DNA from: a virus
Lineage: Duplodnaviria > Caudoviricetes
IMG/VR virus record: IMGVR_UViG_3300016674_000136
Coordinates: 1-34,106 of that record
Length of the DNA: 34,106 nucleotides
Reading direction: 5' to 3' (one strand)
Position numbers and translations under genes: made by a program
The notes under the pieces: model-generated
Databases searched by the model: none
What the model was told of the DNA's origin: nothing
The model's input: only the letters and a program-made list of their open reading frames with translations
Part shown: piece by piece, positions 9,678 through 19,038 of the stretch
Layout of the letters: every line of letters begins with the position of its first letter
Position numbering within the stretch: the stretch's first letter is position 1

Positions 9678-12600
9678 TTATCGGTAGAGGACGCCACCAG
9701 GACGCTGCTGGTTGACCATTTCCTCCAGAACCACGCCCTTGACTCGCTGAGCCAGTTGGCTCCAGTCGGACTCGTTGTTGCCGGTCGTGACTTCGCTGCC
9801 GTCGTTGTTCACTTGGATGCTGATCTGCACGACAGTTCCACCACCGCCGCCACCGCCGAGGTTGCCCTGAACGGTCACGGGAATGGTGCGACCGTCAGGC
9901 AGCGGCACGTAGGCTTCCGGCATGGAACCTTCGCCGAACAGCGCGAGCTGCGGGGAATTGGCGATACCACCGTTGAGGTACTTCTTCAGCGGAGCCGGGC
10001 CGAACTCGGTCATGATGCCGCCGTCGGCAAAGCCGAAGAAGCTGGCAATCGTGCTGAAGATGCCACCACCGCCGCCACCACCCATGTTGCTGAAGATCGA
10101 GCCAAGCCAATCGACAGCGCCGTTGAACAGTGAGGAAATGTTGGTCGTCACCCAGTCCCAGGTGCTGCTCATGCCGTTCTTGAGAACGTCCCACACCTTC
10201 ACAAGCTCGTTCTCAGCCTCTTTGAAGATGCCTTCCTTGCCACCCTTCGCAACGTCAGCGATGCCGCTGACATCCTTGACGTACATCGGGTTGTCGGCCG
10301 TCTGACCGAGCTTGGAACCATCGTTCAGGCCCAGGAAGTCGCCCACAGTCTTGCCCAGCGAGCCGAACATGTCGGTGATGAGACCGCCCAAGTTTTTCTT
10401 GATGAAGATCGTGTAAACGTCCTTCACCATGTCGCGCAGGAATTCACGCCAGCTCACCTTGCCGCCCGTGGTGGCTTCAACGAACTTGTCCACAAAGTCG
10501 CGTGACCACTTGGCTGTTACTTCGCGCATTGCCCGGCCGGAGTCTTCCCACTCCTGGCGCAGCTTCTGCATGGCGGTCATGTTCGCAATGACTGCTCGCT
10601 GAGCCAGCGCTTCGCGGCCCTTCTCGGCGGCGGCACGAACGTCTGCAACCTGCTGCTCCAGCTCCTTGCGGCGACCAGCGCTCAGTTCCTCGCTCTGCAT
10701 CACGCGCTCAAGAGAGGCGATGCGAGCTTTCTCCTTGTCGTTGATTTCGCGCAGTGCGGCTTCGTATTCGGCCTGACGAGCCTGGCTTTCGGTGCCGAAT
10801 GCGCGCACCCAGTCCACCGACAGGTTGCGAACAGCCTCACGCTGGTCTTCGATGAAGCCCAGAGCGTCAGTTTGAGCCTGGTTGGCAAGCGCTTCAGCTT
10901 TTGCCTTCTGGAAGGCTTTGAAGTCGTCCGTGCCCGCCTTGATCTTCTGGCCGAGCGCTTCGAAGTTCTTGCGCAGCGTGATCATTGCCGAGCTTTCGGC
11001 GTTCGCACCGTTGTTCGCTGAGCGAGCCATTGCTTCACTCAGGTCTTCCTTGGTACGAGCCGCCTGCTGCTGGGCGTTGGACAGAGCTTGCTGCTGCTCC
11101 CTCAGAACGTTCAGCTCGGCAGTTGCCTCAATCGCACGCAGAATCAGGTCTTTGTCAGCCTGATCGATGCCCTTGAGGCTCTTGATGTACTGCTCGGCTG
11201 TCGTGGTGCCGTTCTGAAGCGCCTTGACGAAGTTCTGAACCAGCTCGACTCGCTTTTCGCCGCCAATTTCGACACGCTTCTGGTTGCCGTCCTTGTCTTC
11301 AACGGTGCGGTCGAATCGACCTTCCGCGACATCACCCAGCACCTTCGCAACGGCTTCATTGCGGGCGTTCACAAGAGAGCGAACACCTTCTGCGTTGGCT
11401 TCCAGGCGCAGCTTGCCGACGGCCAGATCGTTCTCGACGGACTCGACGTAGCGCAGCAGCGGATCAATCGGCTTGTCTTTCGGAGGCTTCGGCAGCGTGT
11501 TGATACCGCCAGTCTCCAGGTTGACCGCCAGGTTCTTCGCTTGGGCAATCAGACCCTCGCGCTCGTCCGTCAGGCGCTTGAGCTTTGCCTGAATGACGTT
11601 GCGTTCGGAATCGGTGTTCGCACGGTTCAGTGCGGCCGTCAGTCGTGACGCTTCCTGCTGGTAAGCCTCAATCTCACCCGCGACGAGTTGCTTGCGCAGA
11701 GCTTTGGCACGCTCAGCGCCCTCTTTCGCTACCTTCTCAAAGTCTTCCGTGGTCGCACCGGGCTTGTTGCGCAGTGCTTCTTGCTTCTCGGCGGTCTCCC
11801 GACGGATGTCTTCGATCTGCTTGTTGGTTGCGGCGTACTTTGAGTCGATGTCGGCACGCAGGCGACGGAACCACTGACCGACATCCTGCTCGATGTTCTG
11901 CTTCTCCAGCAGATTGCCGGTGTCGCCCAGGTTCGCAATCAGAGCCGCACGCTCTTCACGCGCCTTCTTCAGTTGGGCGATTTGCTCGTCGTACAGCTTC
12001 TGCTGAGCCAGGATGTTCTGACCGTAGGTGGACTTGGGGTCAGCCCCGTTCAGCTCCGGACGAGCCTTGTTCAGCATCCGCTCCAGGGACGCAATCTGCT
12101 GATTCTTCTCCGCAATCCGAGCCGCGATTTCCTTCGGGTCGCCGTCTTCAGCGATGCCTTGCTTGATGCGCTTGGCGATCTGTTCTGCACGCTCCCAGCG
12201 GTTCAGGAATTCGAACAGTTTTGTAGTGAGCCACCCCAGCACCGTGACGGCTACGCCAACCCAGCCACCGAAGGCGTTGAAGATCATCTCAGCGCCGGCC
12301 ATCGCCTTGGTCATGCCAGAGACGGCAAAACCGGCTTCCGTTGCCTTCTTGGCTTTTTCACCAAGAGCGCGAGCGCCTTTACGAGCCTCTTCGGTTGCTC
12401 GGTTGACGATGATGATGTCGGCGCGAGAGATTTTTGTTCCATTGGTAATGGCGTCAGCCACTCGACGCTGCGCTTCGGAAACGCGAATCAGCTCCTGAGC
12501 CTGCTGACGACGAGCGACAGCTTCCGTCTGGATGTCAACAATCGCCGCACGTGTCTCGGCAATCCGAGCGTTCAGGCGGTCAATGCGAACCTGACCAGCC

Positions 12601-13892
12601 CAGCCGAGATTGCGACGCTCCAGGTCTGCCACCTGACGAGCGTACTGAGCCTGCTCCGCGTACAACTTGCCCGCCATCTGGGTCTGCAAGTTGGCGTTCT
12701 TGATGAGCGCTGCGGCTTGAGCTTCGCGGTTGGCAATTTCCTGGCGGTGCGCTTTCGCCTCTTCCAGAGCGGCTTCACGAATCTTGGCGATCTTGTCGTT
12801 GAAAGCAGCCTTCTGCTTCTGCACCGCAGCGGAGATTGCCTCGCCAAACGCGGCGATCTTCTGACCAGCAAAGTACAGCAGGAACAGCGTTCCCACGGTC
12901 TTTATTTCGTCACCCCATTCCTTGAAGAACTTGATGACGGATGTGACAACCTTCACGGCGTCAGCAAGCCCCTGACCGATTGAGTAGGCCAGAGACTTCG
13001 CTTCGTTCGTGTCGAACGCCTCAATCAACTCGCGCAGAGACTTCTTGGACTCTTCGAAGAAGTCGCTCTTGCCGGCTTCCAGCTTGAACAGTTCGAACTT
13101 GGTCTTCAGGAGGTTCAACATCCCGGACCACGTGCCCATCATGCGCTCGGCGGCACCACGGTTCTCAACCGCCATCACCGCGAACATCGCCTTGAGGGCT
13201 CCTGACGCTTCGACGGTGCCGGTGGAGATGAGCTTGGTCAGCTTGGGCATCGACATGCCCACGCCTTCAGCCATCAGGTTGATCGCGTTTGGAACGGCTT
13301 CGCCCAACTGCTGACGAAGTTCTTCCATCGAGATGACGCCCTTGCCGGCCATCTGCTGAATTGCGATGGAGGCTCGGTGCATGGCTTCCGAAGAGCCACC
13401 GAAGCGGGCAACGGAATCGACAAGCGCCTTCATGGAACCGTCAGTGGGATCGAGACCCGCTGACTTGAACTTCACGAAGGCGTCTGTGAGAGTCTTGACC
13501 TCAAACGGCGCGTTCTGCGCCATGTTGAAGATGAACTTGACGTTGGAGGCGGCTTCGACCTTCCGAGAGTATTCATCGGTGGCCTTGCTCATGCCCTCCA
13601 TGAGCGTTTGCATCCGCTCGATTTCGCCGGATGTGCGGAGGATCGCGCTGGGCAGAGAAAGGAACACATCATGGATGTCATGCAGCGCATAGCGCAGCAT
13701 CGAGGCGGTCATGATCACCGTGCGGAACTGACCGTACAGCCCCGTGAAGTGACGCTCCAGACGTTCGGTGGACGTAGCCGTCTGATCCAGAGTCTTCTTC
13801 AGCTCCTGGATCGTCTGCCCTGCCTTCTGTGTCTGAATCGTGAATTGCCCGTTATCCAGGGTCATCACGACTTTGATTTCGCCGCCAACCAT
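9678..13892 (-). CDS. Tape measure protein
   Basis: 1404 aa, Ala/Glu/Lys-rich and helical. N-terminal QMAGKGVISMEELRQQLGE motif, C-terminal FADGG...GEGSMPEAYVPL. Lies downstream of the chaperone genes. Confidence 0.93.
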   Translation of the reverse strand: MVGGEIKVVMTLDNGQFTIQTQKAGQTIQELKKTLDQTATSTERLERHFTGLYGQFRTVIMTASMLRYALHDIHDVFLSLPSAILRTSGEIERMQTLMEGMSKATDEYSRKVEAASNVKFIFNMAQNAPFEVKTLTDAFVKFKSAGLDPTDGSMKALVDSVARFGGSSEAMHRASIAIQQMAGKGVISMEELRQQLGEAVPNAINLMAEGVGMSMPKLTKLISTGTVEASGALKAMFAVMAVENRGAAERMMGTWSGMLNLLKTKFELFKLEAGKSDFFEESKKSLRELIEAFDTNEAKSLAYSIGQGLADAVKVVTSVIKFFKEWGDEIKTVGTLFLLYFAGQKIAAFGEAISAAVQKQKAAFNDKIAKIREAALEEAKAHRQEIANREAQAAALIKNANLQTQMAGKLYAEQAQYARQVADLERRNLGWAGQVRIDRLNARIAETRAAIVDIQTEAVARRQQAQELIRVSEAQRRVADAITNGTKISRADIIIVNRATEEARKGARALGEKAKKATEAGFAVSGMTKAMAGAEMIFNAFGGWVGVAVTVLGWLTTKLFEFLNRWERAEQIAKRIKQGIAEDGDPKEIAARIAEKNQQIASLERMLNKARPELNGADPKSTYGQNILAQQKLYDEQIAQLKKAREERAALIANLGDTGNLLEKQNIEQDVGQWFRRLRADIDSKYAATNKQIEDIRRETAEKQEALRNKPGATTEDFEKVAKEGAERAKALRKQLVAGEIEAYQQEASRLTAALNRANTDSERNVIQAKLKRLTDEREGLIAQAKNLAVNLETGGINTLPKPPKDKPIDPLLRYVESVENDLAVGKLRLEANAEGVRSLVNARNEAVAKVLGDVAEGRFDRTVEDKDGNQKRVEIGGEKRVELVQNFVKALQNGTTTAEQYIKSLKGIDQADKDLILRAIEATAELNVLREQQQALSNAQQQAARTKEDLSEAMARSANNGANAESSAMITLRKNFEALGQKIKAGTDDFKAFQKAKAEALANQAQTDALGFIEDQREAVRNLSVDWVRAFGTESQARQAEYEAALREINDKEKARIASLERVMQSEELSAGRRKELEQQVADVRAAAEKGREALAQRAVIANMTAMQKLRQEWEDSGRAMREVTAKWSRDFVDKFVEATTGGKVSWREFLRDMVKDVYTIFIKKNLGGLITDMFGSLGKTVGDFLGLNDGSKLGQTADNPMYVKDVSGIADVAKGGKEGIFKEAENELVKVWDVLKNGMSSTWDWVTTNISSLFNGAVDWLGSIFSNMGGGGGGGIFSTIASFFGFADGGIMTEFGPAPLKKYLNGGIANSPQLALFGEGSMPEAYVPLPDGRTIPVTVQGNLGGGGGGGTVVQISIQVNNDGSEVTTGNNESDWSQLAQRVKGVVLEEMVNQQRPGGVLYR

Positions 13893-13901
13893 TTGTATTC
13901 C

Positions 13902-14198
13902 TTACAGTGTTGCCATCGCCTTCAACTCCGCAAAACCTGCTTCATCTCGTTCGACACTGGTTGCCGGCTGTTTCACAACATCGCCGATTTCCAGTACCAA
14001 CCTCTCCTGCAACTCCGTGACCCCATCGGGGCTTCCGGCAGCCGCTGATGTCGCCAGAGTTCTCAGGTCATAACCTGCTCTGATGCGACGAATGTTTCCA
14101 CTCATCAGCCAGAAGGTCTTCATCGGCATCCGCAAGACCTCCTCGTAAGACATCGAGTAGAAGTGGCTCACTTCACAGAAGATGAACCCGAAGTCCAT
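13902..14198 (-). CDS. Tail assembly chaperone, T part (probably made as a G-T fusion by -1 frameshift)
   Basis: The -1 frame from the slippery site at 14228-14234 is open (AGG CTA AGG GGC TTA CTT CCC ACA GGA GAG ATG GAC) into this ORF, which sits immediately before the tape measure gene. Confidence 0.78.
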   Translation of the reverse strand: MDFGFIFCEVSHFYSMSYEEVLRMPMKTFWLMSGNIRRIRAGYDLRTLATSAAAGSPDGVTELQERLVLEIGDVVKQPATSVERDEAGFAELKAMATL

Positions 14199-14221
14199 CT
14201 CTCCTGTGGGAAGTAAGCCCC

Positions 14222-14578
14222 TTAGCCTTTTCCCTGCTCACTCTCGCCTTCAGCTTTGGCTTCGGCTTGCGCCTGGGCGACGATCTGCTCGGGATCAGCA
14301 CCACGCACGAAGGCGGTCAGAGCGCGAAGCTGGTCCAGAGACAGAGACACAAGGGTTGTGTCATCAATGTCCGGGATCGAGCGCTTCAGCAGATCGACGG
14401 TTGCCTTCAGTTGCTTGGCGTAGCTCTGCTCTTTCTCCATCTCCTCGGCAACGCGAGTTGTCTCGATGAAGTCCTCGACCGACATTTCCTTGATCTTGTA
14501 GGTCTTGTCGCCGATCTGAACTTCACGGACTGCCGTGTTGCTCAACTGGTTCAGGTTCAAAAGTTTCGTCATTTCCAC
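14222..14578 (-). CDS. Tail assembly chaperone G-like
   Basis: 118 aa acidic protein between the major tail and tape measure genes, ending at a slippery site. Confidence 0.8.
   Translation of the reverse strand: MEMTKLLNLNQLSNTAVREVQIGDKTYKIKEMSVEDFIETTRVAEEMEKEQSYAKQLKATVDLLKRSIPDIDDTTLVSLSLDQLRALTAFVRGADPEQIVAQAQAEAKAEGESEQGKG
14228..14234 (-). other. Programmed -1 frameshift slippery heptamer G GGA AAA
   Basis: An X XXY YYZ heptamer in the last codons of the G-like gene (CAG GGA AAA GGC TAA), at the position equivalent to lambda G/T. Confidence 0.8.
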
Positions 14579-14592
14579 TCCTTGTAACTGCG

Positions 14593-14625
14593 AAAAAAAG
14601 AAAAGCCTCGCACTTGGCGAGGCTT
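14593..14625 (-). terminator. Rho-independent terminator after the major tail gene
   Basis: Minus strand reads AAGCCTCG-CCAAGTG-CGAGGCTT followed by TTCTTTTTTT. Confidence 0.8.
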
Positions 14626-14658
14626 ATTCTATCTGAGTTCAGTCAGTTGTGAAAGACT

Positions 14659-15531
14659 TTACTCGCCGATACGGAACAGACGCCCCGTTGTGGAGTCGGG
14701 GTAACCCATGAACTCCGTGTTGTAGATACGCTCGTTCTCCAGCTTGTAGGCGAAGCTCAGAGCGCCGGATGTCGCGGCCAGCGGAATCACGAAGTCTTCG
14801 GACTTGTCGCTTGCGGCCTTGGAGACCGGGTGCAGACGCAGTTCCTTGGCCACGGACAGCAGATCGGTGCCGATACCAGTGTTCACATCCACGCGCTTGC
14901 TGGTCGGGTCAGCGCCACCAGTCAGGGTTGCGCCCGACAGGGTGACTTTCACGCCGGCTGTGCCTGCGTTCAGAGTGAAGCTGTTGCCTTCCACGCCCTT
15001 CACGCCGCCAGAACCGTAGATCGCGGCACCGTAGGTCACGGTCACGGTCGCGGTGTTCACCGTGTACTGAGCGGCAGCGATGCCGGGGTCAGTCGAGGCG
15101 TTCAGCACGGCAGCCAGGTTGGTTGCGGTGGCGTTTGCGGATGCGCCGATCACCACTTCCACGCCAACGCCAGTGGCGGCAGTACGGAAGGTCACGGTCG
15201 TGCCGTTGACGATGATTGTGTCGCCAGTGGTGGGGTTGGTGGCGATCAGGATGGTGCCGGAAGCGACAGTGCCACCCACGGTCACGAGAGAAGCGCCGGG
15301 CATGATGGGCACCATGTTCTCCAGCGTGGTCTCGGCCAGAGGCACCTTGGCCATCACTTCGCGGCCCATGATGTACTCGTTGATCGTGGTTTTGCCGAAC
15401 TGGTCCACGTTGACTTTGTGAGTGTCCGTCTTCACGGTCACTTCGACGCCGCCTTGGGTGTAACCCAGGTCAACGCCATCGAAGAAGACCTGGCAGACGC
15501 CGATCTTCACGTTCTTGGTGCTTGATGCCAT
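14659..15531 (-). CDS. Major tail (tube) protein with an internal inserted domain
   Basis: N-terminal DLGYTQGGVEVTV tube motif; positioned before the chaperones; has its own promoter, RBS (AAGGAG) and terminator. Confidence 0.85.
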   Translation of the reverse strand: MASSTKNVKIGVCQVFFDGVDLGYTQGGVEVTVKTDTHKVNVDQFGKTTINEYIMGREVMAKVPLAETTLENMVPIMPGASLVTVGGTVASGTILIATNPTTGDTIIVNGTTVTFRTAATGVGVEVVIGASANATATNLAAVLNASTDPGIAAAQYTVNTATVTVTYGAAIYGSGGVKGVEGNSFTLNAGTAGVKVTLSGATLTGGADPTSKRVDVNTGIGTDLLSVAKELRLHPVSKAASDKSEDFVIPLAATSGALSFAYKLENERIYNTEFMGYPDSTTGRLFRIGE

Positions 15532-15558
15532 TTAAATGCTCCTTTGCAAAGGTTTTTC

Positions 15559-15617
15559 AGTCATGCCTGACTAAAGCCGGTGCCGCCGAATCTAACACAT
15601 AATGGCGAATTTGTCTA
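15559..15617 (-). promoter_or_regulatory. Sigma70-type promoter for the major tail gene with a downstream palindromic operator
   Basis: TAGACA (15612-15617), 17 nt spacer, TG-n-TAGATT (15589-15594). A perfect AGTCA-TGCC-TGACT lies at 15559-15572. Confidence 0.6.
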
Positions 15618-15620
15618 GCC

Positions 15621-16085
15621 TTAGTAATATGCCCGCAGCACTTCGACCATTCGCTGCGTAATTCCGCGCCCAATTTCGTCAGCGGCGCGTTCAAGAAACA
15701 GACCGCCCACCATTTCTGATTGACCAGCCTGTTTTGCTTGTGAGTTCTTGCCCAATTTGTAGGGCCCATACGGCGCAAGATGCTCGTGCATGATGTAGGC
15801 GTATCGACCAACATCACGACCGTCGAATGCCGGGTAGTCCATGTCGATGTAAACCTCAAAGGACTTCCGCTTGAATCGACCGAGCGAGTCTCGGCCGCCA
15901 CCCAGCTCACGCACCTTGATCGCCTCTTCCAGATTGCCGTGATCGAGCGGAGCGAACTTCCGAGCGAGGTCACGCATCTTCTTGGCTTCCTTGCGCATGT
16001 GTTCGACAAGGTGCTTTTGGGCGTGATCGCCCGACTGACGGATCAGTACCGCCAGTTCATCGAGACCTTCGTACTCCAGACCCAT
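15621..16085 (-). CDS. HK97 gp10-like tail completion protein
   Basis: Start reassigned to MGLEYEGLDEL (TGATG overlap). Motifs ARKFAPLDHGNLEEAI, YAYIMHE and FLERA. Confidence 0.75.
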   Translation of the reverse strand: MGLEYEGLDELAVLIRQSGDHAQKHLVEHMRKEAKKMRDLARKFAPLDHGNLEEAIKVRELGGGRDSLGRFKRKSFEVYIDMDYPAFDGRDVGRYAYIMHEHLAPYGPYKLGKNSQAKQAGQSEMVGGLFLERAADEIGRGITQRMVEVLRAYY

Positions 16086-16471
16086 CAGCTTGCGGCGAAG
16101 CAGAATTCGAAGCGAACCTGGACTTCGAAGTAGTTGCCGTCCGAGACCGGAAAGGTGACAGGCAGCGTCTTGGGGCGCATGTAGTGGACCCAAATGGACT
16201 CGATCTGAACTTCACTGAGCTTCAGGGCGGCACTTGCTTCTTCCATCATGGTGTTTGCGGTGGCGTAATCCTGTGCCCGAGCGATCACCGTGAACTCGCC
16301 CTTGAAGTAGCCAGGCATTTCATGGTTGATGTCGATACCGGACAGCGGCGTGCGAAGCATGTAGCCGCGCTTGCAGCTCATCGGCATGAAGTTCATGAAC
16401 AGGTTCTCAGCCGCTGTGCCGAGGCCCGCACCCTCCATGTAGTTGATGATGGTCAGAAAGTCCATGTTCAC
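16085..16471 (-). CDS. Tail terminator/neck protein
   Basis: 128 aa in the neck gene cluster; the FTVIARAQDYATA...L pattern resembles tail terminators. Confidence 0.6.
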   Translation of the reverse strand: MNMDFLTIINYMEGAGLGTAAENLFMNFMPMSCKRGYMLRTPLSGIDINHEMPGYFKGEFTVIARAQDYATANTMMEEASAALKLSEVQIESIWVHYMRPKTLPVTFPVSDGNYFEVQVRFEFCFAAS

Positions 16472-16812
16472 TCCCAGATCGTTCCTGTGACCTCGTAGTG
16501 GTCAAGCTGACCGCTGACCGAGTGACGCGGGAACATCGAAACGATGCGCAGAACGACACCATGCACTTCCATGATGTCGTCAATGCTGGCCACGGTCTTC
16601 GGGTCAAGCAGAATCAGCGCTTCAACCTGCTTCTCCTGGGCTGTGCCTCGGGATGCGGTCGTGTCGGCGCGAACCGACGACTTCATGTTCTGGACGTTGA
16701 GCTTCACGATGGCGCAACGCTCGCTCACGGTCGAGCCGGGAAGCGGCTGTCCGTAAACGTCCGTCTTGCTGGATGAGCGGCGAATGGTGCAATTCTGGTT
16801 AGGGCGAAACAT
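16468..16812 (-). CDS. Head closure (stopper)-like protein
   Basis: 114 aa, beta-rich, with DVYGQP near the N-terminus and DHYEV near the C-terminus; in the neck cluster. Confidence 0.6.
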   Translation of the reverse strand: MFRPNQNCTIRRSSSKTDVYGQPLPGSTVSERCAIVKLNVQNMKSSVRADTTASRGTAQEKQVEALILLDPKTVASIDDIMEVHGVVLRIVSMFPRHSVSGQLDHYEVTGTIWE

Positions 16813-17464
16813 GACGAACCATCGCTTGTGCGTTGAAGTGGAAGATCGAATCCCGCAAGCTGTCTAGGCTTGGGTAGTCCGGCGCGTTTCCTGTGATCGA
16901 GAACACCAGCCCGTTGTTCGGGTGCTGGCTGTTGGCGTAGTGGACTTCAGCCAGGTCTGAGGACTCGGCAATCTTGGCCAGCTCGCCTTCTAACCAGACG
17001 TTGTAGGCGAAGTGACGAGCTTCGGCCTTCAGGTAGTGCTGAGCCTTGTACTTGCGCCCGGTGTGCGTCTTGATTTCGAACTCCGGCTGAGTCATCTGCT
17101 TTTGCAGCAGCAGACCCATCGCGCTGTGAGCCTCCATGCGCAGGGGGTTGACTTCTGAACCTTTAAGCCTACCAACGAGATAGCTCATGTTCTGAACCGT
17201 CGCACGGTAAACGTTGCTCATGAAGTCGTCGTACAGCATGTCAGAGCGTGCCGACTTGTGTTCTTGCAAGAAGGTAGTCGCACGCTCTTTGGCGGTCTGC
17301 ATGAACGCTTCTCGCTGCTTCTTTGCCCGCGTGTGAAAGTCCATGACCGTCCGAGGTGTCACTTCGACGCCTGGCATGACCAAGCTCAGGTACTCACCCC
17401 GGAGTGCCATCAGGAACAGCTCGTAGTCGCCACGTACACGCATGGCAAAGTCGTCATAGATCAT
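16799..17464 (-). CDS. Degenerate minor capsid (MuF/min_cap2-like) protein
   Basis: Start MIYDDFAM with an ATGA overlap. The segments TGRKY..Y....R and GLVFSITGNAPDYPSL...IFHFN echo the minor capsid protein 2 pattern, but the Cys residues are missing. Confidence 0.45.
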   Translation of the reverse strand: MIYDDFAMRVRGDYELFLMALRGEYLSLVMPGVEVTPRTVMDFHTRAKKQREAFMQTAKERATTFLQEHKSARSDMLYDDFMSNVYRATVQNMSYLVGRLKGSEVNPLRMEAHSAMGLLLQKQMTQPEFEIKTHTGRKYKAQHYLKAEARHFAYNVWLEGELAKIAESSDLAEVHYANSQHPNNGLVFSITGNAPDYPSLDSLRDSIFHFNAQAMVRHVSP

Positions 17465-18273
17465 GTGGAGCGGCCGATACGACGAGACAGGTTGACCCAC
17501 GAGCCAAGGTAGCTCATGGCGCGACGACACACCGGAAGCGTCAGACCCTTACGGAAAGTCCACTTCTGGCTCGATTCGCCGATGCGCTCTTCCACGAGAC
17601 CTTGGGCGCGACGAAGCGCTTCGGGATCGCCACCGAGGATGTAATCAGCCTCGACAATCTGAGCCTTGCGCAGAGCCCGCTTCATCGCTTCGGGCAGCGT
17701 TTCGTAGTCCGCTTCCTTGAGGTCGCTGATGTCACCTTCAAAACCCCACAGCGAGGCGTTTCCGAAGAACAGCGAACTCTGGTTGCGGTCAGTGTTGGCC
17801 ACAACGTAGTTCAACTGGATCAGGTGTTCGCGGGCTTCGATGAGAGCGGCGACACGTTCGGATTCGGAAGCTGCGTTCCAGCCAGGAATGTTCGGAACGT
17901 CCATTGCCGTCAGTTGCGCCTGGGCGTAGCTCTGGAACGAGTTGACCCCGGTCTTCAGCGGCTCTTGCAGCTCCAGACCGTAGGTGCGCGAGATGGACAC
18001 GGTGAAGTTGTCCGTCACGCAGGTAAGGTGGATCGTCCGCACTTCCCGAGTGTTCGGTGCGACGATCTGGTTGATGTTTGCGGGAACCGTGACGGCCGCT
18101 TGAGGATCGCCCGAGACGAAGCCTGTCAGCGCCGTCGTCGGGACAACCTCGACACCATCCTGATTGACCACTCGATAGTCCACCGAGTTGGCCGTGATCG
18201 GGCTACCGGCGTTGTCCACCAAGTCGATGGCGACGGTGACGGCCGTGTTGCTCAGATAGACATCGAGTGACAT
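17461..18273 (-). CDS. Head-tail adaptor/connector with an N-terminal beta-rich extension
   Basis: C-terminal half reads NSFQSYAQA...WNAASESERVAALIEA...LP..KAQIVEA...EERIG, like DnaT-like head-tail adaptors. Located after the capsid genes. Confidence 0.6.
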   Translation of the reverse strand: MSLDVYLSNTAVTVAIDLVDNAGSPITANSVDYRVVNQDGVEVVPTTALTGFVSGDPQAAVTVPANINQIVAPNTREVRTIHLTCVTDNFTVSISRTYGLELQEPLKTGVNSFQSYAQAQLTAMDVPNIPGWNAASESERVAALIEAREHLIQLNYVVANTDRNQSSLFFGNASLWGFEGDISDLKEADYETLPEAMKRALRKAQIVEADYILGGDPEALRRAQGLVEERIGESSQKWTFRKGLTLPVCRRAMSYLGSWVNLSRRIGRST

Positions 18274-18276
18274 GGC

Positions 18277-18747
18277 TTACTCCTTGGGAGCGGCAGCGAC
18301 TTCCTGAGCCTTCAGGATCGCTTCGATCAAGCCGACGATGCTGGTGCCCTTGACGCCAATCGAGTCACCGATTTCGCGCAGGCCAGCGATGCCCTTCTTG
18401 TCGGCAACTTCGGCCAGCTCTTCGGCGGTGTACACGTGCGCAGGTTCGGCCGGCGTTTCTTCCGCAACCACTTCGACCGGAGCTTCTTCGGACTCCACTT
18501 CGACGGGAGGTTCATCGGTGCCCTGCTCGGTCACGCGGCCCACGGGCGCTTCGTTCTGCATGTTGCGCAGAAGCAGTTCGTTCACGTTCGCGGGCGAGCC
18601 GTCTTCCCACTCAGCGCCGATCACACCAGCGACACGCACGGCGTCAACTGGCAGTACGTCGCCTTCGGACAGACCGTCCTTGAACTGAATCACACCCATT
18701 TGCCCGGTGTACTTTTCGAAGCCTTTGGCTGTCAGACGAAGTTTCAT
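18277..18747 (-). CDS. Hypothetical virion-associated protein with an acidic linker and a C-terminal HeH/LEM-like helical domain
   Basis: ATGA-coupled with an AGGAG RBS. The N-terminus is paralogous to 18744-18965; the C-terminus is YTAEELAEVADKKGIAGLREIG...LIEAIL. Confidence 0.65.
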   Translation of the reverse strand: MKLRLTAKGFEKYTGQMGVIQFKDGLSEGDVLPVDAVRVAGVIGAEWEDGSPANVNELLLRNMQNEAPVGRVTEQGTDEPPVEVESEEAPVEVVAEETPAEPAHVYTAEELAEVADKKGIAGLREIGDSIGVKGTSIVGLIEAILKAQEVAAAPKE

Positions 18748-18965
18748 TCGTTCTCCTTTTCCGCGAGTTGTTTTGCGGGTCGATTGATTACAGGGCGCTT
18801 TTCCTCCACCACGACTGCACGGAAGCGCACAGATGCCAATGCAGTCAGGACGGCGTTGACATCCTTCAGCGCAACATCACGGATGGTCGTGCCGTTAGCG
18901 AAAGCAACGCCTTGAATCACCCCGGTGAAGTTTTCCTTCCCCGGCTCAGTGATTTTCAGCTTCAT
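18744..18965 (-). CDS. Hypothetical protein (short paralogue of the downstream gene)
   Basis: RBS AGGAG; MKLKITEPGKENFTGVIQGVAFANG aligns with MKLRLTAKGFEKYTGQMGVIQFKDG. Confidence 0.7.
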   Translation of the reverse strand: MKLKITEPGKENFTGVIQGVAFANGTTIRDVALKDVNAVLTALASVRFRAVVVEEKRPVINRPAKQLAEKENE

Positions 18966-18977
18966 TTTTGCTCCTAC

Positions 18978-19007
18978 AAAAACAAAAGGGCGGGATTGCT
19001 CCCGCCC
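18978..19007 (-). terminator. Rho-independent terminator after the major capsid gene
   Basis: Minus strand reads GGGCGGGA-GCAA-TCCCGCCC then TTTTGTTTTT. Confidence 0.8.
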
Positions 19008-19038
19008 AATTGTATGTCAGTTGTGAGTGATTCGCAAC

